Assembly (NCBI GenBank): GCA_963721455.1
Contig: CAVRJG010000051.1
Location: forward strand, 54,820 to 118,819
Reading direction: 5' to 3'
Length of the DNA: 64,000 nucleotides
Source of the DNA: an uncultured Methanosarcinaceae archaeon
Lineage (GTDB): Archaea; Halobacteriota; Methanosarcinia; Methanosarcinales; Methanosarcinaceae
Numbering within the stretch: the stretch's first letter is position 1; every line of letters begins with the position of its first letter. The notes beneath the pieces were generated by a model, which was given only the letters and a program-made list of their open reading frames with translations, ran no database searches and was not told the DNA's origin. The position numbers were made by a program, and so were the translations under genes. Shown here piece by piece: positions 21,916-30,923 of the stretch.

Positions 21916-22581
21916 ATGGTAAACAGATATAACCAGAACTTAAAGTGTGATTACCGCGACAAAAGATCCTCTCTCAAAGGTGAAGTTGAGCGTCAGTTGA
22001 TACACCTGTTAACAGGCATAACTTTAATTCTTTTAATTCGGACAGCCGGCGACATGGCACTGGCTGTTCTGCTGCTCCTGCTTGCTTTCTATGCGACGAT
22101 TTCAGTCGTAATTATTCTAAATAAACTTCCTCTTTCACTGTCCGCCTTTCTGTGCAGGTGGGGAAGGCCTTCGAAGCAGACTATACCGTTTAAAGGAACT
22201 ATCCTGCTCCTTTGTGGAATAACTATTTCTTTCATATTATTTCCTGAAGAAATCGTTTATGCCTCGATCGCGGTAGTTGCATTCGGAGATTCGGTAGCAA
22301 CAGCAATAGGAGTACTGATAGGCAGGCATAAGCTGCCGTATTCGGAAAACAAAACCGTAGAAGGAACAGTCTCTGGTATAATCGCAGCCTTTTTAGCATC
22401 CTCTTTTTTTGTGACTCCTGTTCAGGCCCTTCTCGGGTCCGCAGGTGGGATGTTGCTGGAAAGCATTATAGATTTACAGACAATCCGTGAATTTAACTCG
22501 CAAATGATATTCAAGTTCTTTCTTAACGATAATTTTTTGATTCCTTTATTCTCAGGTTTACTCATGTTTATTATCGGTTGA
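21916..22581 (+). CDS. dolichol/phytol kinase-like membrane protein (SEC59/VTE5 family)
   Basis: RQLIH, FGDSVATAIG..GRHK...KTVEG, DNFLIP. Confidence 0.82.
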   Translation: MVNRYNQNLKCDYRDKRSSLKGEVERQLIHLLTGITLILLIRTAGDMALAVLLLLLAFYATISVVIILNKLPLSLSAFLCRWGRPSKQTIPFKGTILLLCGITISFILFPEEIVYASIAVVAFGDSVATAIGVLIGRHKLPYSENKTVEGTVSGIIAAFLASSFFVTPVQALLGSAGGMLLESIIDLQTIREFNSQMIFKFFLNDNFLIPLFSGLLMFIIG

Positions 22582-23962
22582 CGTGACACTTGAGGATTTT
22601 ACCGAAGCGTGCTGCAGATTTAAATTATATTTTATTTATCTATAAATGCAGGTAACTAAAATGCTAGCCTGGATTATAAGAGTAATTGTTTAATTAATCG
22701 CCCTTCTGATTCTGGTATGAATACTGATGAATTTACTTTAATCGGCAGGAAAAATAGTAGTAGTTATCACTACATTGTTAATCTTGTTTTTTCGCAGGCA
22801 GTTATAATGAATTTAATAATAGGGAATAGCTTCATAGAGGACATAAGGCTTAAGTGCATTATTAGAAGAAAACAGCAAGAAGTTTGAATTTTTTTTCCAA
22901 AACAGTCAACAATCAGTCAATAATTAGACTTATGCCCGCGTTTTGGTAATTTCGATTCCCTATTTTTTCAATTCGTCTTGAGCATTATAAAAGCGCTATA
23001 AGAAAAGCTCCTTGAAAAGCCATCAAAGCTTTCCTTCTCATCTTTTTATTTCTATCCAATGCTGACAAAAACAAGAAGTATTACACCTATTCCAGAAGCT
23101 TTACATCCGAAACCCCGCCTTGCTGAGATACTACCACCGCAGGTTCCTTGAGGGAAATCTCGACTGATCGCTATGCAACTTGTAATAATGTCCGCATAAG
23201 CGGATAGATCTATCTCCAGATAGGCTAAGCGTGGGTTTTAATATGGTAAAATAAAAAGTCGAAATAGATCTCTTTTTTCTTTTGTAAATTCTGAAACTCA
23301 GTTGCTTTCAAGAAAGTTTTTCTGTCCAGGTGGTGAACTTATTTCTTTATAGAGTGATTCTTCTAATTCGGGAGCCTTTATGAACAGACTTTTCCTTTAA
23401 TTTTCCTGTTTTAAGCCAGACTATATCCGGGGTATGGGTTTCAATCGGAGTTGGCTCAAAAGCCTGGTTCTCAGGTACCTTCAGTTTCCGATAATAACAA
23501 AATATAAAGAGCTGCTGGACCTAAATAATCATCTTCTTCCAAACGTTTGGGTTGAATTCTTTTTTATATTATATGCCACATAATACTGAATGGAGGGTGG
23601 GCAACTAATCCGGATAGGTAATAGATACCTGAATCTAGGGAGGTGAACTCATCAAGAGGGCTCCAAGCCAGATTAAGGTGTTTATAAAATGCAGGAAATG
23701 TACCAAACCAGAGTACTGAATTCAGTGAGTAGGAGATTTTTTAGTAATCCAGTACGGGTTCAGATGGCACGAAAGCATGTATTATCCCTGCAAAAGTGAT
23801 TTATCGAATATAATACAGTCGACATTGTCGATTAGCTGGAAAGTACGGTGCCAGAGGTTTGGTAACAGAAATGTCCAGAGGAGACTTTCTGACATAAAGT
23901 ATACCGATATTGAAATAGTTAGTAAGGAACTGAAAAATACACAAAATATGGGGGAAATTTAA

Positions 23963-24151
23963 ATGCAAACCAGTCCAATTGAAGTTCAGAAGGCTTTAAA
24001 GGATATAGATTATCCTGTAAATAAGAAGCAGCTTATTGAACACGCTAAAAAGCATAAAGCCGACAGTAAAGTACTTGAGGTTCTTAAGGATCTTCCGGAC
24101 AAGGAGTACACCAACGCTGCAGATGTCAGCAAGGCATTCGGAGGCAAATAA
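23963..24151 (+). CDS. DUF2795 small protein
   Basis: LKDIDYPVNKKQLIEHAK...LPDKEY..AADV. Confidence 0.85.
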   Translation: MQTSPIEVQKALKDIDYPVNKKQLIEHAKKHKADSKVLEVLKDLPDKEYTNAADVSKAFGGK

Positions 24152-24689
24152 CTCTACTTTAGAGTTAGTAAGGCATCAAATGGGGAGCGAGCAAAAAAGC
24201 TCCCCTTTATCCAGATAAAAGTAGGAGGCTAATAAATCTCCTTTCTTTCTCCGGAAATCGATACCTGACCGAAATTTCCGGGCTTTTTATATAATAACCC
24301 AAGTGCTAAAGTTTTTAGCAAAGCTGAGAAAGGTATTACGAATTTTTTGTCGGAACTCTTAAAGGAACTCTTAAATATTAATTATGGAGACTCATGTTCT
24401 TTATTGAGATCCTATTGATTGAGATCCAATGCGATAAATGCTGTACTAACATGTGAAGGGAAACAGCATAGCCGATAGAAATGGATTGTAATGCATTCGG
24501 TTCAAAAGGCAAGAAATTGTTAAAGCTTAATGCAACAAAATTAAATATCATAATACCAGATATTAATAACTCAATTAGTTCATCGAGACCCGCAGGGAAT
24601 AGTATATTCGTAAGTGAGGCTCTTTTTGAATTATTTGATACTTCTCTAAAGTATGAACTTTAACGGGAAATTATACAGGGGAAAACATA

Positions 24690-24884
24690 ATGGAAAGAAA
24701 AGGTTTCCAGAGTAAGGATCGGGGTTCCAGCAGAGAACGCGACTACAGTAAAGGGCCACAAACGATGCACAAAGCAACATGCGCAGACTGTGGTGAAGAA
24801 ACAGAGGTACCTTTTAAACCGGATCCCGACAGGCCGGTCTACTGCAGGGAGTGTTACGCAAAGCGCAAACCTAAAAGGTATTAA
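24690..24884 (+). CDS. CxxC-x17-CxxC zinc-binding small protein
   Basis: CADCGEETEVPFKPDPDRPVYCREC. Confidence 0.88.
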   Translation: MERKGFQSKDRGSSRERDYSKGPQTMHKATCADCGEETEVPFKPDPDRPVYCRECYAKRKPKRY

Positions 24885-25074
24885 GTAAATGCGATTCAGG
24901 TATCAACCCGTGGTGGTTTCATTCTACATTTATAATCTTTAATTGATTTGCCGAGGTTACTATTCTTACCTCAGCTTTTCTCTTTTTCTTTCTCTATTCT
25001 TGAGAAAATCCTTCTTTTCTCAAGATATGATGGAGATCATCTCAAAGATGAAAACGCCTTAAGTTTAAAGGGAT

Positions 25075-25419
25075 TTATTTCTTTTCCTCGGTTTCGAGTT
25101 CTCTTTCTAACTTCGTTATATCCAGCGATACCCGAAAGAAAGCGTCCCTCCCTGTATCTCTTACATTGATCTCTATGGGTTGAGCTAACGTAGCTTTAAC
25201 GGCTCTCCATTCTTCCCTGATGACATCAACTATTTCCCATGGGCCGGCAGAGTTGTTTTCCACTCTATCGCGGGCAAGCTGCAAAAGCAGGTGTTTCTTT
25301 TCTGTTCGGGTAAGATTCTCTATTCCCTTGACTTCTAACTCACTTACCGTAGCTTCACCCATTTTGGATTGAGCTACCATGGGCTCTCCTGTTTCATCTT
25401 TAACTCTTTTTTCCATCAA
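25075..25419 (-). CDS. hypothetical protein
   Basis: 114-aa ORF starting 22 nt after the TIR gene stop, G-rich SD. Confidence 0.6.
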   Translation of the reverse strand: MMEKRVKDETGEPMVAQSKMGEATVSELEVKGIENLTRTEKKHLLLQLARDRVENNSAGPWEIVDVIREEWRAVKATLAQPIEINVRDTGRDAFFRVSLDITKLERELETEEKK

Positions 25420-25441
25420 TTCCCCCCTACGTTAAAAATAC

Positions 25442-26002
25442 TCACGGTTTCGGGCTGAATGTTCTCGGGTCAAGGTAGATGTTTCTCTGGCAGTAGCTGC
25501 ATATGGTTTCAAGGTGTGTCCCTGCAAGAAGAGCTCTTTCTACCTCCTCTTCCGGTGAGATATACTGGGTCATTTCCTCTCCGCAGTAAGGACACTTTAT
25601 CTTCAGCCAGTCCAGTTTTGTAAGCTGCCTTATATTCTGTATAAGTTTTCCCAGGGCATCCTCATAGACGTCAGGGTAGAAGTCAATCGGCTGAAGGTGG
25701 CGCAACAGGACCGGCAGCTTTATCCCTTTCTCCAGGAGTGGAATTATTAGCTGATCGGTTCCTACAGCCAGACCTATCTCCTGGTTCACCTCCGGTGATA
25801 TTATCCCCTGCTGTGTGAGAATCGGGATAACACAGTCTGATTGACGGATGCCAAAACGTATCCTCTCTGCCAGGGAAATAATTCGAGCTTTCCTGTACAG
25901 GGATGAAAAGCTCTCCAGTTCCACGGTCCACAGAGCTCGAGCCAGTTCATGGGCAAGCGGTTCATCCTGCTCGCAGTGAGCTATATAAATTTTTGTGATC
26001 AT
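25442..26002 (-). CDS. TIR-domain protein with C-terminal zinc ribbon
   Basis: KIYIAH..D, IRQSDCVIPILT, SPEVNQEIG (TIR Glu), then CPYC...CSYC. Confidence 0.85.
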   Translation of the reverse strand: MITKIYIAHCEQDEPLAHELARALWTVELESFSSLYRKARIISLAERIRFGIRQSDCVIPILTQQGIISPEVNQEIGLAVGTDQLIIPLLEKGIKLPVLLRHLQPIDFYPDVYEDALGKLIQNIRQLTKLDWLKIKCPYCGEEMTQYISPEEEVERALLAGTHLETICSYCQRNIYLDPRTFSPKP

Positions 26003-26023
26003 ACCTGCTGTACCTTAACGCAG

Positions 26024-26164
26024 TTATCTTTTTTTCTTTGACTTGTTTTCATGCTTCGTTTCTGGCTCCGGGTGAGGTATCGGTTCAGGTGAAGGAACCG
26101 GTTGAGGTTCCGGGTAAGGTATTGGCTCAGGCTGAAAAGATGGTTCTTTGCTTTCTTTTTCCAA
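26024..26164 (-). CDS. 46-aa Pro/Glu-rich small protein; absent from the ORF track
   Basis: TTG start after AAGGAGGAG; MEKESKEPSFQPEPIPYPEPQPVPSPEPIPHPEPETKHENKSKKKR. Confidence 0.65.
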   Translation of the reverse strand: MEKESKEPSFQPEPIPYPEPQPVPSPEPIPHPEPETKHENKSKKKR

Positions 26165-26363
26165 AATGACTCCTCCTTTATCAGTAATATGGCTTTCAAA
26201 AGAATTTGCTTTCTTAGATGCCTGTTTTCTTAGAAATTTGCCTTTTTATGAATTTACATTGTTAAATTTTCCTTGTTAAGAAGTAAGTTAGCGGGAATCT
26301 GTTTTAAGCTAGTAAGAATTTTTTTGGTAGGGCTTTCTATCATGCAGTACTAAATCATGCAGG

Positions 26364-26573
26364 TCAGTCAGAAGCTAGCATCACGCTTGTTGCTTTTATT
26401 ACTGCATATACCTCGTGCCCTTCTTTCAAATCAAGATTTTCGGCCGAGTTTTTTGTGATAATGGAAGTAATTTCCACACCACCCGGAAGTTCAACTACTA
26501 CTTCCGAGTTGACGGATCCATGAACTATTCTTTTGACTTTGCCTTTCAGAACATTCCGTGCACTTATTTTCAT
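26364..26573 (-). CDS. molybdate-binding Mop/TOBE protein
   Basis: ISARNVLKGKV, SIIT, AVIKATSV. Confidence 0.92.
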   Translation of the reverse strand: MKISARNVLKGKVKRIVHGSVNSEVVVELPGGVEITSIITKNSAENLDLKEGHEVYAVIKATSVMLASD

Positions 26574-27282
26574 CTTCACCCCTCCCTAATTCAGGTATTT
26601 ATTTTGTTATCAATAAGGTTAGTCTTGTCAATTATAGAAGCATAGGAATCTTGTTTTCTGAACTCAAATCCGAATTATAAAATTTTATTTATATATTTGT
26701 GAATCTGGACTTTCCATCAAAATAACCCTTTGAGAACTGCATATCATAGAAAAAGGAAATAAGTAAGTATCCAGCTCTGTACTTACATTTTTCGATATGT
26801 CGTCTTTGCACGATTATTAGCAAAATATGAATCGAAGGACTGCAAAAAAGCTTTCTTATATTTTTTCCTTTCAATGAGGGTGGTTTTGATGAATGACAAG
26901 CTGATTTCAAATCTTCTTTTTTATTTTTGGCAGTTTCGGGTCACTTGCTAAACTTAGCCGAAGCAAACTTAATTTAGTGCAAAAACAGAATTTGACATGC
27001 TTTCCCCTTCTATTCGTCCCTATCTGTTAGAATTTGATTAATTTTATTACTTGAGGCAGGTAAGAAGTGAAAAAATCTTAATCTCCGGCGAGGAGATTAA
27101 TTTCAAGTCCTTTTCTTCCCCTTTCCTCCCACCAATTCCAACAAGTTTAAAAGTAATGCCCGTAATCAAAATGTGAATTTCAATGCTTGCAGATCAAGGT
27201 TTACAATTCCCTGGTTTATTTCTGGAAAAACCGGGTGGTTTTCCCTAGATTTTCAACCCTAGAAGCTTTATGAGAGATTAAA

Positions 27283-28068
27283 ATGGAACTCGACGAAGTC
27301 ATAATCACACGGGCAATTTTTGATGAGTATTCTAAAACCTTCCTCGATTACACGGACATCGATGTGGCACTTGTAGGAGGAGGGCCTGCAAACCTGGTGG
27401 CTGCAAAGTATATCTGGCAGAAGCAGGGGCAAAGGTCGCCATTTATGAACAAAAGCTGTCTCTCGGGGGCGGCATGTGGGGTGGGGGCATGATGTTCCCG
27501 CGCATAGTTTGTACAGGAAGAGGCCTGCCGCATCCTGGATGACTTCGGGATCAGGTATAAGGAGTACCAGCCGGGGTATTATGTGGCAAATTCCGTAGAG
27601 TCTGTCGGGAAGCTGATTGCAGGTGCAACTTCAGCCGGGGCTGAGGTCTTTAATCTTGTGAGCTTTGAAGATGTCATGATCCGGGAAAATGACAGGGTTA
27701 CGGGAATCGTTATCAACTGGGGGCCTGTGACAGCACAGCGCCTGCATGTTGACCCTCTCATGATCCGCACAAAACTCGTAATCGACGGGACAGGGCACGA
27801 TGCAGTTGTATGCAACACGATTCTCAGGAAGATTCCCAATGCAAAGATCGGAGAACTCGGGATGCTCGGGGAAAAACCCATGTGGTCAGAGGTTGGCGAG
27901 CGGCTGGCTGTTGACGCAACGCAGGAGATTTATCCGGGCCTGATCGTTGCGGGCATGGCTGCAAATGCCGCAACCTGCGCCCCGAGGATGGGTCCTGTCT
28001 TCGGAGGCATGCTCCTTTCGGGAGAAAAGGCTGCAAAACTTGCCCTTGACAGGCTCAAAGAACTCTGA
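27283..28068 (+). pseudogene. thi4: sulfide-dependent thiazole synthase Thi4 with two insertions (+2 near 27410, +1 near 27510); possibly sequencing errors
   Basis: [15 protein letters not shown] (shifted frame), LHVDP, DGTGH, PRMGPVFGGMLLSG. Confidence 0.88.
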
Positions 28069-28231
28069 TATCCGTCCATGGATTATTTTTAACCCAATTT
28101 TGCTCGTCTTGAGTGCCGGAAAGCAGACCCCTTCCCTTCCCTGAAGAGGGTCTCCTGCCCTTTCCGGCAAAAACTTTATATAAAAAAACTCCTTCTATAG
28201 GTTGCTTCAAATCTGAAGTACCAGACCCTGT

Positions 28232-28304
28232 GGCCGGGGTAGGGTAGAGGCCATCCTGTGGCCCTGTGGAGGCTACGACCCGAGTTCGATTCTCGGTCCC
28301 GGCC
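28232..28304 (+). tRNA. tRNA-His (GTG), G-1 encoded, CCA not encoded
   Basis: G-GCCGGGG...TCCCGGC-C acceptor stem, anticodon arm TGGCC-CT-GTG-GA-GGCTA, GTTCGATTC. Confidence 0.95.
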
Positions 28305-28720
28305 CTAATTATTTCTTTTAACTAATTTTTTTGTTTCTATGGCAGGCGTTTCTTTAATTTTCTTTGAGTAAGTGCCTTTTATATCGCTTCTAACATTTAT
28401 TTATAATTCTGAGCTTAAATATTTACACAACTCAGATTTCTATAACCACATCCCGCGCAGAAAATACCTGCATGCCGGAAAACCACTGGCGGGCACAGAC
28501 ACAAGTGGACACGGAAAAACTCTCTTAAGACTCTATAACCACGGAAACTTCCGTCTTTTCCGTGCCTTAAGTGGGTTTTTCGTTTAGATATCTCTAATAA
28601 GACTGTATCATCTGTTAATACCTGTAATTATTCACCTGTAAAATCACCTGTAATTTAATATCTTACCTCATTGCATATGCTTCCACCTTCGATTATCAAA
28701 CAAAGGAAACGAGAACTGAC

Positions 28721-30436
28721 ATGAAAGCACTCATTATAGACGGCTATGTGGACGAACCTGCCTGTCTTGGGGTTCCTCCCTACCTTTCTCCCTACCCGCG
28801 GTACATAGCAGGCGCCCTTCGAGAACGCGGGCTTTCCGAAAAGGACATTTACTACCTGACTATAGACACTCTAAGGGAAAACCCGCCCGGCGCCGGGGAA
28901 CTCATAGGGAAAGCAGACCTCCTTATCATTATTGCAGGCATGACCGTACCGGGAAAATATCTCCGGGCTTCTCCAATCACCCCTGGGGAAATCGAGGCTA
29001 TCTTCCGGGCTGCAAACGGAGTAAAAGTTATAGGCGGCCCTATCAGGCTTGGTTTCAGCAATGAAGGTGGAAGGGCTGCAAAAGGTACGGAAGGTGGAAT
29101 AAGCCTCGAAGGTGCAGTGCTTGCCAGAATGGATCTCGAATCTTTCGTCTATGACCTCTTTGAGGGTGGGACTGGTAGGAGCGGAAGCCTTCCTCCCATA
29201 CTGAAAGCTCCCGACGCCGTAGAACATCGTTTCAGGACAACAGCCGAAATCGGGAGATGGGGACTCAAAGGAGCTTTTTTGATCAGGCAGCACCCTGACT
29301 TTCCTTACTGCATGTGCGAGCTTGAGACCTACAGGGGCTGCGGCAGGCAGGTACACTGCTCTTTCTGCACGGAACCTTTTTACGGGGCTTCAGATTACCG
29401 GCCTGTTGAGGACGTGGTATCTGAGGTTTCCTCCCTTTATTCCCATGGAGCCCTCTGTTTCAGGATAGGACGGCAGCCTGACCTTTTCTCGTATCATGGG
29501 ACGGATGCCGGAGGACCTGTCCCGAAGCCCTCTCCTGCCGTTATAGAACGGCTCTACAGGGGGATCCGGAACTCTGCCCCTGACCTTTCCGTGCTCCATA
29601 TGGATAATGCAAATCCGATAACGCTTGCAGCTTACCCTGAAGAGTCGGAGCAGATCCTGAAGACGATAATTAGATATCATACAGCAGGCGACGTGACCGC
29701 TTTTGGAATGGAGAGTGCCGATCCGAAAGTGATTGCAGCAAATTTCCTTAAGGCAACTTCCGAGGAGGTCTTTGAAGCGATCAAACTTGTAAACAGGTTT
29801 GGGGCCGTGCGAGGGGCAAACGGGCTTCCTGAAATTCTTCCGGGAATCAATTTTGTGCACGGGCTGATGGGAGAATCTAAAAAAACTTTCCAGCTTAATT
29901 ATGATTTTCTGAAGTGCGTGCTTGATTCAGGGCTGCTCCTGCGCAGGATTAATATCCGCCAGGTAATGGCTTTCCCTGGAACACCTATGTACGGAAAGGA
30001 CGAAGCTGCGAGGAAACACAAGAAAATCTTTCTGGACTATAAGGGGCAGGTCAGGAAGAATATTGACCTCCCAATGCTGAGGCGCATTGTGCCAGACGGC
30101 ACGGTGCTCAGGGGTGTAATGTGTGAGGTACACGAAAAGGGAGTTACTTTCGGAAGGCAGCTTGGTTCATACCCCCTGCTGGTAGGAATTCCCACTTCTC
30201 TGCCTTTGCGGAAATTTGTTGACATTACCGTCACAGGGCACGGGATGCGCTCGATTACCGGTATCCCTTATCCTTTGCCTATAAACACCGCTTCTTCTTC
30301 CCTTATCAGGGAACTTCCCGGGCTTGGCAGGAAAGCTGCGGATTCGATAATTGCCGGAGCCCCCTATACTGACAGAGACGATTTTCTCAGGCGAGTAAGT
30401 GAAGGAGATAAATTACTCAGATTTATTGAGATTTAA
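28721..30436 (+). CDS. radical SAM protein with TRAM-like and C-terminal helix-hairpin-helix regions (COG1031-like)
   Basis: IDGYVDEPACLGVPPY, CGRQVHCSFC, RRINIRQV, FGRQLGSYPLLVG, LPGLG. Confidence 0.87.
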   Translation: MKALIIDGYVDEPACLGVPPYLSPYPRYIAGALRERGLSEKDIYYLTIDTLRENPPGAGELIGKADLLIIIAGMTVPGKYLRASPITPGEIEAIFRAANGVKVIGGPIRLGFSNEGGRAAKGTEGGISLEGAVLARMDLESFVYDLFEGGTGRSGSLPPILKAPDAVEHRFRTTAEIGRWGLKGAFLIRQHPDFPYCMCELETYRGCGRQVHCSFCTEPFYGASDYRPVEDVVSEVSSLYSHGALCFRIGRQPDLFSYHGTDAGGPVPKPSPAVIERLYRGIRNSAPDLSVLHMDNANPITLAAYPEESEQILKTIIRYHTAGDVTAFGMESADPKVIAANFLKATSEEVFEAIKLVNRFGAVRGANGLPEILPGINFVHGLMGESKKTFQLNYDFLKCVLDSGLLLRRINIRQVMAFPGTPMYGKDEAARKHKKIFLDYKGQVRKNIDLPMLRRIVPDGTVLRGVMCEVHEKGVTFGRQLGSYPLLVGIPTSLPLRKFVDITVTGHGMRSITGIPYPLPINTASSSLIRELPGLGRKAADSIIAGAPYTDRDDFLRRVSEGDKLLRFIEI

Positions 30437-30643
30437 TATTCTCAGGATCTGGTACTTTATTGGGGTCGGAAAAATTCTATCTGAACCCGCCAGGTTATGG
30501 AGAGTCTTAACCATATCAGTAAGTTCGGGTTTACCGCAGTTTCAGGTAATTCTTAAAAATTCTCTTTCACATGTATATTTTTCGGGTTCTGATACCTTCA
30601 TTTCAGATAAACACTTATTTATCCAATTGATAATTATTTTTTA

Positions 30644-30880
30644 GTGGGGATTTTTATAAGGGGGATCTTTTTGAGCGAGAGCGCGGAAATCTTATACAGA
30701 GCAAAAATTGCTCTTCAATTAAGCTTCATTGTCTGGGTCATGCTTGCGATTTTCATGTTTTATGCTACTTTTGAGGCAACGGCCAGAATGTACGGCACTT
30801 TTCTGCTCCTATTTATGGTAATCATTTTTACTCCTTTTCTGCCGGACGGGGCAGGTTATGAAGAAGGGGAACCGGAATGA
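30644..30880 (+). CDS. small two-TM membrane protein
   Basis: Two hydrophobic segments and an acidic tail; start uncertain. Confidence 0.45.
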   Translation: MGIFIRGIFLSESAEILYRAKIALQLSFIVWVMLAIFMFYATFEATARMYGTFLLLFMVIIFTPFLPDGAGYEEGEPE

Positions 30881-30923
30881 CTGCGAGGTAAACTGAACCT
30901 TCTCCTGCCAGTGCAGGCAGATC

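Noticed and set aside
25442-26002. Calling the TIR gene a Thoeris, CBASS or SPARTA defence system
   Set aside because: No SIR2/Macro effector, cyclase or Argonaute nearby, and the neighbourhood is not a defence island.
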